From: a bacterium
GTDB taxonomy: Bacteria; Patescibacteriota; Gracilibacteria; UBA4473
Assembly: GCA_018648585.1 (NCBI GenBank)
Contig: JABGQW010000019.1
Span: 3,133 to 67,132 of the forward strand
Length of the DNA: 64,000 nucleotides
Reading direction: 5' to 3'
Every line of letters begins with the position of its first letter. Position 1 is the stretch's first letter. Positions 54,031 to 63,456 of the stretch are shown here, piece by piece. Made by a program: the position numbers and the translations under genes. The notes beneath the pieces are model-generated. The model made no database searches, was not told the origin of the DNA, and saw only the letters and a program-made list of their open reading frames with translations.

Positions 54031-56598
54031 ATGCTGGAAAATTTAATTTTGGGAATTGCATCGCTGGCAAGCAGCACTCCGACTCCATTTTTTGAGGAAA
54101 AATTCGAACTGCCCGCGGCGACGTTTGAACTTTCAACGGAAAACGAATGGAACGCCGTGACAATTTTTACGCCCGACGGATCGCCCGCGCCAGATTTGAA
54201 ATTTCGTGATCCAGAAACGGGAAACTGGAAACTTTGGGAAATTTCGGAGGAAAATAAAAGTGTGCTGGAAATGGTATTTTTCGCCGATCCGGTGCGCTCG
54301 CTGCAACTGAAATCGGAAACGAAAAAAGAAGTTGTCGCACATTTTTTCAACACGAGAATTCCCGGAGAAAATCTCGTCGCGCAGCTCGGAACCAGCGACC
54401 AGAGTTTGTTGTCGAACGAAAATTTGCCGGAGGAACTCCGATTTTTGAGTGGAGAAATTCCGAAATTTTTTAGTCGCGCGGACTGGGGCGCGGACGAATC
54501 GCTGCGACTCGAAGAAGTTTTGAAAAAAAAATTAAAACCAGGCCAAATTTTGAGACGCTGGTTTCAGCCAGAAATCGCAATCGTTCCCCCGAAATATCGC
54601 CCAGTCGTCACGCAGACGGAAAACGAAAACGGGAAATCGCTTTTTTGGCCAATCCGACAAAATCCAAAAATCGAGAAATTTATCGTGCACCACACCGCGG
54701 AAAATGAAAGTTCGCAAAATCGTCGCCGCAGTCCAAAAGAATTGATGCGCGCAATTTATTTTTATCACACCGTGACCAACGGCTGGGGCGACATCGGGTA
54801 CAATTACGTGATCGACAAACAGGGAAATATTTACGAAGGTCGCGCGGGCGGACCAAAATCTGTCGGCGCGCACGTCGCGTACCACAACGTCGGATCGATC
54901 GGAATTTGTCTGATGGGAAATTTTCAAACGGAAACTCCGACCGACGCGCAACTGCACGTTTTGTCGCTGCTGATCGCCGATCTCGCGATAAAATTTGAAA
55001 TCGATCCGCTCGGACGCACGGAGTTTTTGGGAAAAAATTCGTACAACATTTCTGGACATTCTCAGGTTGCGCGGTACGGACACGGCACCGCATGTCCCGG
55101 AAAAAATTTATTGAAACTTCTTCCCGATCTCCGCACGCAGGTGAAAAAATACGCAGATTTGCTGAAAAAATTTGAAGACACCGGACCGAAAGGAAAAGAT
55201 TTTTTGAGTAAAAGTCGTGCCGCGCCAAATGTGTACGCCGGAGAAAAAAAATTCAGTGTTCCCGAAAAAACGCCGATTTTTTCGCCGATGAAAAATTTTG
55301 AATCGCAGCTGCTCCATCGAAATCAAAGTCTCGTGATCGAAGCCGAAGTGCGCAACACGAGCGACGAAAATTGGGAAAAAGATTCCGCGCTCGTCGCCAC
55401 GAACGTGCCCGACGGAATGACGGTGGGAAAATTGTATCTCGTGGAAAAAACACGCCCCGATCGCATCGGGAAATTTCGTGCGGAAATAAATGTCAAAACC
55501 ACGCCGAACGGAAAATATTTTTTAAAAATGTCGCCGAAATTTTTGGAGGAAAAACTTTTTTCAAATCAACTCGCCGAACTCGCGTTTGATTTTCCCGTGC
55601 AGGTTTCGGGCGACGTAAATTTGGTGCGCAGCGACCGAACTGATTTTGTGAGAAAAAATGCGTCAGTCGTCGTGAAAAAAAACAAAACGGTCGTCGTCGA
55701 TGAATCGGTGGAACAAAACCGAGCCGCAGAAAACGCCCCAAAAACAAAAATCAAACTCGCCGGATTTGATCAAGGTTTTGCAGAAATTCTGTCGAATCAG
55801 CCAGTCGGACTGTGGAGCGGCGATCGGAAAATTGCGGAAATTCCCGCGTTTGTGCCGGTAAAAATTTCGACGCACACCGACAGTTCCGTGGTGAAATTGC
55901 GAGTGAAAGTTGAAAAATCTAATCCGCCGATCAACCTCGATTCGCTGCGCGAATTTTCGATGAAAACTGCCGGAACTCTCACGATTGAAAATTATCGAAA
56001 TCCGCGATTTGGGAGCGCGACAATTCCGTACAATCAGTTTCGAAATCAGCTAAATTTTTATCCGCAACAAAACGAAAAATTGCTCGCCGTCAACGAACTT
56101 TCGATCGAAAAATATTTGTGGGGGCTCGGCGAAGAACCGTCCACCGAGCCAGAAACAAAACGGCACACGATTCACGTTTTGGCGCGAAGTTACGCGCTCG
56201 TGTACTCCACCGATCGGCGAAAATTTGGAACCGAATTGTACGATTTGGAAGACGATCCAAAAACCAGCCAATTGTACCTCGGAAAAATGTGGGAAAATTA
56301 TCACTCGGAACAAAAAAATCTGGTGCTGCAAACTTCGGGCAAAGTTTTGACAAAAAATGGAACGCCGGTGATCGGCCCATATTTCACGCAGTCGGACGGA
56401 AAAAGCGTCAATCCGTGGGCGTCGCAGTACCCGTGGTGCCGCGCGCGCGAACTGCCGCACGACGCAGGATTGGTCGCAAAAGGTCACGGCGTCGGACTTT
56501 CGGGAAACTCCGCGCGCACACTCGCCGAACAGGGCAAATCAATGTCAGAAATCGTGAATTATTTTTTCGACGGACTGGAAATTCGAAAAATATACTGA
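54031..56598 (+). CDS. N-acetylmuramoyl-L-alanine amidase (amidase_2/PGRP type) fused to a SpoIID/LytB-like domain
   Basis: ORF trimmed to ATG 54031. IVHHTAE...GWGDIGYNYVIDKQGNIYEGRAGG...GAHVAYHNVGSIGICLMG is amidase_2. The C-terminal 250 aa (YLWGLGEEP...VLARSYALVY...GPYFTQSDGKS) are SpoIID-like. Confidence 0.75.
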   Translation: MLENLILGIASLASSTPTPFFEEKFELPAATFELSTENEWNAVTIFTPDGSPAPDLKFRDPETGNWKLWEISEENKSVLEMVFFADPVRSLQLKSETKKEVVAHFFNTRIPGENLVAQLGTSDQSLLSNENLPEELRFLSGEIPKFFSRADWGADESLRLEEVLKKKLKPGQILRRWFQPEIAIVPPKYRPVVTQTENENGKSLFWPIRQNPKIEKFIVHHTAENESSQNRRRSPKELMRAIYFYHTVTNGWGDIGYNYVIDKQGNIYEGRAGGPKSVGAHVAYHNVGSIGICLMGNFQTETPTDAQLHVLSLLIADLAIKFEIDPLGRTEFLGKNSYNISGHSQVARYGHGTACPGKNLLKLLPDLRTQVKKYADLLKKFEDTGPKGKDFLSKSRAAPNVYAGEKKFSVPEKTPIFSPMKNFESQLLHRNQSLVIEAEVRNTSDENWEKDSALVATNVPDGMTVGKLYLVEKTRPDRIGKFRAEINVKTTPNGKYFLKMSPKFLEEKLFSNQLAELAFDFPVQVSGDVNLVRSDRTDFVRKNASVVVKKNKTVVVDESVEQNRAAENAPKTKIKLAGFDQGFAEILSNQPVGLWSGDRKIAEIPAFVPVKISTHTDSSVVKLRVKVEKSNPPINLDSLREFSMKTAGTLTIENYRNPRFGSATIPYNQFRNQLNFYPQQNEKLLAVNELSIEKYLWGLGEEPSTEPETKRHTIHVLARSYALVYSTDRRKFGTELYDLEDDPKTSQLYLGKMWENYHSEQKNLVLQTSGKVLTKNGTPVIGPYFTQSDGKSVNPWASQYPWCRARELPHDAGLVAKGHGVGLSGNSARTLAEQGKSMSEIVNYFFDGLEIRKIY

Positions 56599-56624
56599 CG
56601 CGAAAAATTTCACACGCTGAAAAT

Positions 56625-56652
56625 TTGACAAAACGGGCGTAAAAATTAAACT
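56625..56652 (+). promoter_or_regulatory. promoter of the 48-aa basic ORF
   Basis: TTGACA (56625-56630), 16 nt, TAAACT (56647-56652). Confidence 0.55.
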
Positions 56653-56674
56653 GCGCGCGAGGTAATTTTGAAAA

Positions 56675-56821
56675 ATGACCAACAAAGGCGGCGGATCCAA
56701 ACAACACGGCGGCCACGAAATAAATGAACGACGGAGAAAATCTGTCCCGCACGTGCGCAACAACAAAGCCAAAGCTCGTGCACGTCGCGAATCACTGCGA
56801 GCACAGGGATTGAATTGCTAG
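56675..56821 (+). CDS. small basic protein (48 aa), unknown function
   Basis: Hand-translated: MTNKGGGSKQHGGHEINERRRKSVPHVRNNKAKARARRESLRAQGLNC. Preceded by TTGACA-16-TAAACT and a GAGG 12 nt upstream of the ATG. Below the ORF-track size cutoff. Confidence 0.4.
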   Translation: MTNKGGGSKQHGGHEINERRRKSVPHVRNNKAKARARRESLRAQGLNC

Positions 56822-56848
56822 TTTTTTGAAAAAAGGAAAACGATAGAT

Positions 56849-56877
56849 TTGACATCTTTCGGTTTTTTATGTAAAAT
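56849..56877 (+). promoter_or_regulatory. consensus promoter facing the dnaJ 3' end
   Basis: TTGACA (56849-56854), 17 nt, TAAAAT (56872-56877). Confidence 0.6.
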
Positions 56878-56907
56878 AAAAACTAAGTTTTCCTCAAAAA
56901 CAAAAAA

Positions 56908-57027
56908 ATGAATCTTGAACTCGGTGACTGGAATCTGGACGATCTGCCATTTGAAATTGTTTCGACAAAAAAAGAAGTGACAAATTCGGTGGAAAAAACA
57001 CTCGAACTGCGCGAATTGGAAAATTAA
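56908..57027 (+). CDS. small acidic ORF (39 aa) or 5' part of a small RNA
   Basis: Hand-translated: MNLELGDWNLDDLPFEIVSTKKEVTNSVEKTLELRELEN. Driven by a perfect TTGACA-17-TAAAAT promoter. No SD. Its stop overlaps the dnaJ stop. Confidence 0.3.
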   Translation: MNLELGDWNLDDLPFEIVSTKKEVTNSVEKTLELRELEN

Positions 57028-58088
57028 TTTGTGAGTTTTTCCAAAAGTTCTCGGTCGTGCGCCGACAATTTTTTTGGAAATTCGTACTCAATTCGCACGA
57101 GGTGATCGCCCGTCGCCGAACCGCGGCGCACGCCTTTTTTTGAAATCCGAAGAATCGTCCCGTCCCGCGTGAGTTCGGGAATTTTGAGATCAACTTTTCC
57201 CCAAAAAGTTTCGACGGGAAATTTTCCGCCGAGAATCGCGTCAGCGAACGAAATTTTGAGAACAGAAATCAAATCCACGCCGCGGCGTTCAAATTTTCGA
57301 GATTCGCGAACGCGCACGTGCACGAACAAATCGCCCGATTCCGAATTTCGACGTCCCGCCTCGCCCGCGCCGCGCACGCGAACGGTTTCGCCCGACTGCA
57401 CTCCCGCGGGAATTTTGACGGAAATTTTTTTCGATTTTTCGACGCGGCCCTCGCCGCCGCAGGTTTTGCATTTTTTGGCGAAAGAAATTCCCGAGCCGCC
57501 GCACTCGGCGCACGCCACGCGCTGCTGCACCGTTCCGAACGGCGTCGACATTTTTTGGAAAACGTGTCCGCGCCCGCCGCACGCATCGCAGGTTTTTGGA
57601 TTTTCGCCGCCGCGACCGCCGCACGATTCGCAGGAAATAAAATGTTTCGAGGAAAATGTTTTTTCAATTCCGCGCACCGCGTCGTCAAAATCGAGCTCAA
57701 GTTCCACTTCCAAATCGTTGCCACGATCGGAATTTTGCGCTCGCGAGTTTTCGCCGAATCCGCCCCCGCCACCAAAAAAACTGGAAAAAATATCTTCCAT
57801 TCCGCCAAAATCAAATTTTACGCCCGCGGCTCCACCGTTTCCAAATCCAGAAAATCCGCCCGGATTTCCACCAGAAAATTGTGGACCCGCCGCACCAAAT
57901 TGATCGTACTGCGCACGTTTTTCGTCGTCGGAAAGCGTTTTGTACGCCTGCTGAATTTTTTTGAATTTTTCGCCGTCGCCACCTTTGTCGGGGTGATGTT
58001 TTTGTGCTGCAGAGCGGAACGCTTTTTTTATGTCCGACTTGCTCGCTTTTTTTTCAACGCCTAAAACTTTGTAAAAATCTTCGCTCAT
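57024..58088 (-). CDS. dnaJ: molecular chaperone DnaJ
   Basis: ORF trimmed to ATG 58088. J domain (DFYKVLGV...HHPDKGGD), G/F region, four CxxCxGxG repeats. Confidence 0.93.
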   Translation of the reverse strand: MSEDFYKVLGVEKKASKSDIKKAFRSAAQKHHPDKGGDGEKFKKIQQAYKTLSDDEKRAQYDQFGAAGPQFSGGNPGGFSGFGNGGAAGVKFDFGGMEDIFSSFFGGGGGFGENSRAQNSDRGNDLEVELELDFDDAVRGIEKTFSSKHFISCESCGGRGGENPKTCDACGGRGHVFQKMSTPFGTVQQRVACAECGGSGISFAKKCKTCGGEGRVEKSKKISVKIPAGVQSGETVRVRGAGEAGRRNSESGDLFVHVRVRESRKFERRGVDLISVLKISFADAILGGKFPVETFWGKVDLKIPELTRDGTILRISKKGVRRGSATGDHLVRIEYEFPKKLSAHDRELLEKLTN

Positions 58089-58095
58089 CGGCGAA

Positions 58096-58123
58096 ATTTT
58101 ACGAATTTCTGGCAGGTTGTCCA
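58096..58123 (-). promoter_or_regulatory. promoter of dnaJ, leaderless geometry
   Basis: Minus strand: TGGACA (58123-58118), 16 nt, TAAAAT (58101-58096), then 7 nt to ATG 58088. Confidence 0.55.
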
Positions 58124-58220
58124 GCCGACTGCCAAGACCTCGCAAAAAGTCAGGAAAAATTTGTACTGAAGCGCAAAAACCGTGAAAATAAAGGAAAATA
58201 TTTTATTGATTTTTTTAAAA

Positions 58221-58460
58221 ATGAAACGGTGGATTTTAACGATTTTTATCGCAATTCTCGGAATTGTTTTTTTGTTTTTGCTCTGGCAGAAATATGTAAC
58301 ACCTGAGCGACTTCCGAAACCAACACCAATCCAGACGCAGGAAATTTTTCCACCAAAAAATATCTCGCTCGACATCACAAAAGATGCCGCGGGAAATGTG
58401 ATCGCCGCGCCGTCGTCGGCAAACCAACTTTTGAATTTTCCAAAAAATAATGAAAAATAA
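58221..58460 (+). CDS. small single-pass membrane protein
   Basis: ORF trimmed to ATG 58221 (MKRWILTIFIAILGIVFLFLLW). Overlaps the start of the giant ORF by 11 nt. Confidence 0.5.
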   Translation: MKRWILTIFIAILGIVFLFLLWQKYVTPERLPKPTPIQTQEIFPPKNISLDITKDAAGNVIAAPSSANQLLNFPKNNEK

Positions 58461-61400
58461 AATTCTTCTCGGCGTCCTTTTTTGTCTCGGAATTTTTTTC
58501 GGAAATTCTGGTTCCGCAACGTGGGATTTGCCCTCGTGCAATCAGCCGCAGGGATCCGGATCGACACCGAAACTCGATTTGATGACACTGTCGCAACCAC
58601 AGTATTTTTTCACGACAGGAGAAGTGATCGAAGACCAAGATGTTCCGCAGTGCGTCGGGCAAACTTCGGGAAATGACTGTCTCCAGCCAAGCTGTGTGGA
58701 AAATTATGTCACCGCCACGTACCCACAATTTTCACCCCTTTTGATTCGCGAAAAATATTTTGCGAACGCGCGAAACTGCGGAAATTCTGCGTGCGCACCG
58801 CCACCGGTGCCGCATTTTAGTTCGACAATTTCTCCATTTTATCGAAATATTTCAAATGTCGCGGAGGGCGATCACGTGCGCGTGCTCATTTTTTTGCACA
58901 ACAACGCGATCGAACAAACTTCCCAGGATTCAAATTTTGAAAATTACGCTGTCAAAAATGCAAATATCGCGCTCAGCTGGAGCGATCCCGATCAAATGAC
59001 CGCCAATATTTCCACGGCGAACGCAAACTCCCCCAGCACCACGATCGCATTCCCAGGAATGACAAACGACAATCTTTCTTTTTTGGCGACGAAAATTACT
59101 TTCAACGATTTTTATGGAAATTCCAGCACGTATTTTCCCACCGATCCAGAATTTTCAACAAACGGAACCGCCGCCGCGATCGAACTCAATCGCGTGTATT
59201 CTTCGTTTTCAAATATAAAACTCGCGTACTTTGATTTTGACGTGATTTCGACCGCAACACCCGAAATGACCGTGGTAAAAACCGCGCACGACGGCAATAA
59301 CTTAATGACGCCGGGAGTTTCTCAAATGACACCGGGACAACCGTACCAATTCTCCATTTCAGTGACAAACACGGGAAACACAATTTTGGAAAATGTCGTT
59401 GCCAGCGATCCGCTCGATCCAAATTTTACGTTCGGCAGCGGGCAGTACGTTTCATTTTCAAATGGAATTGCCACGATGTATTTTTATGATCTCGCGCCAG
59501 GAGAAACCGCAACGCGCACTTTTTCAGTGACGCTCGCAAATTCTGCCACCGGACAAATTTGCAATCCCGCTTCGGGACAAACTCTCATCGTCGTCGCCAC
59601 CGACGGAACTTCTGCCACTGCAAGTGAAATTTGTTTTCCGATTGAACCCATTTCGACCGCACCGATTTTATCGGTAACAAAAACAGCGTACGACGGCAAT
59701 GATTTGATGGCGCCGGAAGTTTCTCAAATGACACCAGGACAACCGTACCAATTCACCGTTTCGGTGACAAACACGGGAAACACCGTCGCGCAAAATGTGC
59801 AAGTGAGCGACTCGCTCGATCCGAATTTTACGTTCGGTGGCGGACAGTACGTTTCATTTTCAAACGGAATCGCCACGATATATTTTTATAATCTCGCGCC
59901 AGGCGAAACAAAAACGCGCACTTTTTCGGTGACGCTCGCAAATTCTGCCACCGGACAAATCTGCAACCCGGATTCCGGAATTTTGACGGCAACGGACATT
60001 CCCACTGGAATCATTGCGACCACAACTCCAATTTGTTTTCCGATTGAAAACACACCGCCCGCAGAACTGGCAGTGAAAAAAACTGTTTTTGATTCAAAAG
60101 GACAACAACTCACTCCCGGAATTGAAAAAATGTTTCCCGGCGAATCGTACGAATTTTTTGTGACAACAACCAACTCCGGGCAAACAACGCTCTCTGACGT
60201 AATCGCGATCGACCAGCTCGACGGAGATTTCTCATTTATCAGCGGTGATCCGGGCGTAATTTTTGACAGCGCAAGCCACACCGTCGAAATTCATTTCAAT
60301 CCGCTGCTGCCAGGAACTTCTGAAACCAAATCGTTTTGGGTGGAACTTTCTGCCAGTGCCACCGGACAAATCTGCAATCCGATCACGAGCGTTCTGCTCG
60401 TCGCAACCGATCAAACCAGCGGCGTTTCAGCGACGGCGGCTCCGATTTGTTTTGAAATCGAAACGGGAAATTTAATTTCCGAATATTTAATTCTCAAAAC
60501 TGCGGAAGATCTGCAGGGAAATCCGATGCAAAATGGCGACACTGTTATTCCAGGACAAAAATTTGCGTTCAACATCACCCTCGAAAATACTGGACAACTT
60601 CCGATTCCTGCGGGAATTTCAATCATCGATATTTTGGACGGAAATCTGGTGTACCTCGTTGGTGATCCGGGCGTGAGCGAAAATGCCGGCGTCGTCACGA
60701 TTGATTTTCCGGCGATAAATGTGGGAACTTCTGTGACGCGACAATTTTGGGTGCGCGTCGATGTCAACACGATCGCGGGCACGCAGATTTGCAATCAGGC
60801 GAGCAACGGCGCGATGAAGTTTTTGAAAAAACAAAAAACAGAACAAAAAAAGGTCGCACCAACTCCGAGAAAAAATCTCCAAAGTAAAATTTTGAAACAA
60901 TTTGGAAACCTTTTGATGACCGCCGTTTTTAAAAATTTTCAAACTTCCGCACCAACACTACAAACCAGCAACGTTCTGTGTTTCAACGTCGGCGGCAGCA
61001 GCACGCCCGCGATGGAATTTTCGAAAGAAATCGATCACGCGCAATCGCAGGTGGGAAATGTTGTGATTTTCACATTTGTCGTCGCAAACACAGGCGCCGT
61101 CGCGCTGCCGGATGTGAAAATCGAAGACACGCTCGATCCGCGATTTACATTTTTGCTCGACAATCCAAGCGGAATAAATAATGGCGGCGGAATTTTGACG
61201 GTGAACGGACAAGATATTTTTGTTGCATTCCCGGATCCGCTGCTCCCGGGCGAATCTTTTTTACACGAAATTCTCGTGGAAATAAATACGACCGCGCAAC
61301 CGGGAGACGAAATCTGCAACACGGGACTCGCGACGCAAGATCTGATTCCGCAAATTTTCGAATCCACAGACTGCGTCACAATCACCGGCGGAATCGCAAC

Positions 61401-63438
61401 GACCGCGACCAAAACTGCGTTCGATCAAAATGGAGCGCCGCTTCCCGTCGGATACGTTTTGACACCGGGAGAAATTTTTTCGTACCAGCTCGATTTTGAA
61501 AATATTTCAACCGACACGATCGCCACCGACGAGCTGGATCAAAACTTGGAATTCGTGAGTTTTTCGGGAAACGCCACATCAAATTACGATCAAATTTCGC
61601 ACACAATTTCGTGGAACATCGACGCCACACTGGGAACTTCGCAGTCATTTGAAATTTTTGTAAAAGTTGAATCCGGCGCATCTGGAAATCTGTGCAATCT
61701 CGCAAAAGCCATCGACGGCAACGGAAATTTAATCGTGACGCCAATAATTTGTTTTTCTGTTTTAAACGTATCAAATCCGGTCTGCGGAAATGGAATTTTG
61801 GAAACCGGCGAACAGTGCGACGACGGAAATACCAGCAACAATGACAATTGTTCGTACCCAGGATGTCAGATTATAATTATAAATAATGGTAATAACAGCG
61901 GAAATGGAAGCGCGCCGGTGCTGCCGACGATCGGATTTTGCGATAAAAAAGGCGAATCCAATTTTACGTGCACGCAAGCGTACCCCGACTGGGATCTCGA
62001 CGATCCCGAGTACGTCGAGTACAAAAATTGCAAAAAATCTGGAAACACCGAAGCCGAATGTTTGGAAAGTTGGGCGCGATCCGTCGGACATTTTCCGCTC
62101 TGCACCCCAAACGGCGGAGCAAGTTTGGCACCGACCGGGAATCAAACGTGGCAATCTCTGTGGGACGCCGAGTGCGGAATCGAAGAAGAAATTCTCGCAC
62201 CACCCAGTCTGGCAAAAAACTGCAAATCCCAAAACTGCGATTATCTCAAAGTTTCGATCCAAAAAGTCGCCGCGAACAAAAAAGTCGCCGTCGACGAAAA
62301 TGCAACGTACGTCATCGACGTATTTTTGAAACCGCTGAACGACTGGGAAATAATCGTCACAGATTTGAAAGTGTACGATTTTTCAATTCCAGGAAATTCC
62401 GGCTGGCTCTGGAACCGCGTTTTAAATTCTCAAAGCAACAACTGGACAGCGCATTTTGACAATCTGTCTTCCGGAGAAAATTATTTTCAAAAAAATGACA
62501 TTGGAAAAATTCCGTCCACTGGTGAAAATTTTTCACTGACGTACGAAATGAACACGGGACTCACGATCGCCGCCGACACCACGCAGGTCGAAAATGTTGC
62601 GTTCGCGGTGGTTGAATTTGTCGCCACCGAAAAATCAAAACCAGTTGCCGAGGGCGAAGAATCTCCGCAACCGCAGGAAATCACCGTGCAGTTCAACACC
62701 GCCGGGTGCGCGGGAATCACGACCGCAGATCTCAAATCGTCGCTCGGCGCGAGCGCGTCGGTGGAAATTGTTCGGCCGTTTGTAAAAGTGACTGGCGGCG
62801 GCGGAATCGGCGCAAAAAATCTGAACGGAATCACCGGACAGCGGGAGATTTCGGATGATCAAGAAATAATTGGAAACGCGGAAACTCAGTTCTCCGATGC
62901 ATTTTTTGACACGTTTAAAAATTTCAAAACCGGAACAGAAAAATTTTTCGGTTCAAATTTCAAGGCAGTCGCCGACGATTCCGGCGTGTATTTTTTGAAA
63001 AAGGGAAATCTCACGATCGACAATTCTTCGAAAATAGAAAAGTTTGAAAATCCAAAAACATTCGTAATCGAAAATGGCGATCTGATCATCAACTCTGATT
63101 TGAAATTGGAAAAAGAAATTGCGGCATTCATCGTGCGAAACGGAAATATTTGGATTCATCCAGACGTGGAAAATATCGAGGGAATTTTTATCACTGAAAA
63201 TGGGAAAATTTTCTCGAGCGCGATTTCGCAAAAACAGTTGAAAATTTCTGGATCGATGATGGGCAACGCGAGAAATTTGCTCCGCGATCGGCACTACATC
63301 GGCGTTCCCGATGACAACGGACAGATCAAACTCGAGCCAAATGTAATCATAAATTTTGACTGGCGAATGCTGGAAAACACTCCCCCCGCGCTCGAACAAT
63401 TCCTCGGCAGCGACTGGGGACAACCGGCAGAAAATTAA
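58450..63438 (+). CDS. giant secreted/surface protein with DUF11-type repeat domains and a Cys-rich DGN repeat
   Basis: 1662 aa. Signal peptide. At least 7 repeats of the VTNTGN...LDPNFTF...GQICN...CF pattern. CGNGILETGEQCDDGNTSNNDNC is a myxococcal-type Cys-rich repeat. The C-terminal ~400 aa are beta-rich. Confidence 0.85.
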   Translation: MKNKILLGVLFCLGIFFGNSGSATWDLPSCNQPQGSGSTPKLDLMTLSQPQYFFTTGEVIEDQDVPQCVGQTSGNDCLQPSCVENYVTATYPQFSPLLIREKYFANARNCGNSACAPPPVPHFSSTISPFYRNISNVAEGDHVRVLIFLHNNAIEQTSQDSNFENYAVKNANIALSWSDPDQMTANISTANANSPSTTIAFPGMTNDNLSFLATKITFNDFYGNSSTYFPTDPEFSTNGTAAAIELNRVYSSFSNIKLAYFDFDVISTATPEMTVVKTAHDGNNLMTPGVSQMTPGQPYQFSISVTNTGNTILENVVASDPLDPNFTFGSGQYVSFSNGIATMYFYDLAPGETATRTFSVTLANSATGQICNPASGQTLIVVATDGTSATASEICFPIEPISTAPILSVTKTAYDGNDLMAPEVSQMTPGQPYQFTVSVTNTGNTVAQNVQVSDSLDPNFTFGGGQYVSFSNGIATIYFYNLAPGETKTRTFSVTLANSATGQICNPDSGILTATDIPTGIIATTTPICFPIENTPPAELAVKKTVFDSKGQQLTPGIEKMFPGESYEFFVTTTNSGQTTLSDVIAIDQLDGDFSFISGDPGVIFDSASHTVEIHFNPLLPGTSETKSFWVELSASATGQICNPITSVLLVATDQTSGVSATAAPICFEIETGNLISEYLILKTAEDLQGNPMQNGDTVIPGQKFAFNITLENTGQLPIPAGISIIDILDGNLVYLVGDPGVSENAGVVTIDFPAINVGTSVTRQFWVRVDVNTIAGTQICNQASNGAMKFLKKQKTEQKKVAPTPRKNLQSKILKQFGNLLMTAVFKNFQTSAPTLQTSNVLCFNVGGSSTPAMEFSKEIDHAQSQVGNVVIFTFVVANTGAVALPDVKIEDTLDPRFTFLLDNPSGINNGGGILTVNGQDIFVAFPDPLLPGESFLHEILVEINTTAQPGDEICNTGLATQDLIPQIFESTDCVTITGGIATTATKTAFDQNGAPLPVGYVLTPGEIFSYQLDFENISTDTIATDELDQNLEFVSFSGNATSNYDQISHTISWNIDATLGTSQSFEIFVKVESGASGNLCNLAKAIDGNGNLIVTPIICFSVLNVSNPVCGNGILETGEQCDDGNTSNNDNCSYPGCQIIIINNGNNSGNGSAPVLPTIGFCDKKGESNFTCTQAYPDWDLDDPEYVEYKNCKKSGNTEAECLESWARSVGHFPLCTPNGGASLAPTGNQTWQSLWDAECGIEEEILAPPSLAKNCKSQNCDYLKVSIQKVAANKKVAVDENATYVIDVFLKPLNDWEIIVTDLKVYDFSIPGNSGWLWNRVLNSQSNNWTAHFDNLSSGENYFQKNDIGKIPSTGENFSLTYEMNTGLTIAADTTQVENVAFAVVEFVATEKSKPVAEGEESPQPQEITVQFNTAGCAGITTADLKSSLGASASVEIVRPFVKVTGGGGIGAKNLNGITGQREISDDQEIIGNAETQFSDAFFDTFKNFKTGTEKFFGSNFKAVADDSGVYFLKKGNLTIDNSSKIEKFENPKTFVIENGDLIINSDLKLEKEIAAFIVRNGNIWIHPDVENIEGIFITENGKIFSSAISQKQLKISGSMMGNARNLLRDRHYIGVPDDNGQIKLEPNVIINFDWRMLENTPPALEQFLGSDWGQPAEN
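59284..59973 (+). repeat. recent tandem duplication of a DUF11-type domain inside the giant ORF (period ~402 nt)
   Basis: 59284-59571 and 59686-59973 are near-identical at the nucleotide level (e.g. tctcaaatgacacc.ggacaaccgtaccaattc in both). Confidence 0.85.
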
Positions 63439-63456
63439 AAATAAAACGAAAAAATC

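Noticed and set aside
57169-58064. Plus-strand ORFs 57169..57903 and 57318..58064 opposite dnaJ
   Set aside because: They are antisense to a complete DnaJ. The Pro/Arg-rich products derive from the complement of Gly/Cys codons.
59200-60500. Regularly spaced near-identical sequence blocks that could suggest a CRISPR-like array or a DGR template/variable repeat pair
   Set aside because: The period is ~400 nt and in-frame within a single long ORF (protein domain repeats). There are no short direct repeats with unique spacers. Differences between the copies are not adenine-specific, and no reverse transcriptase is present.
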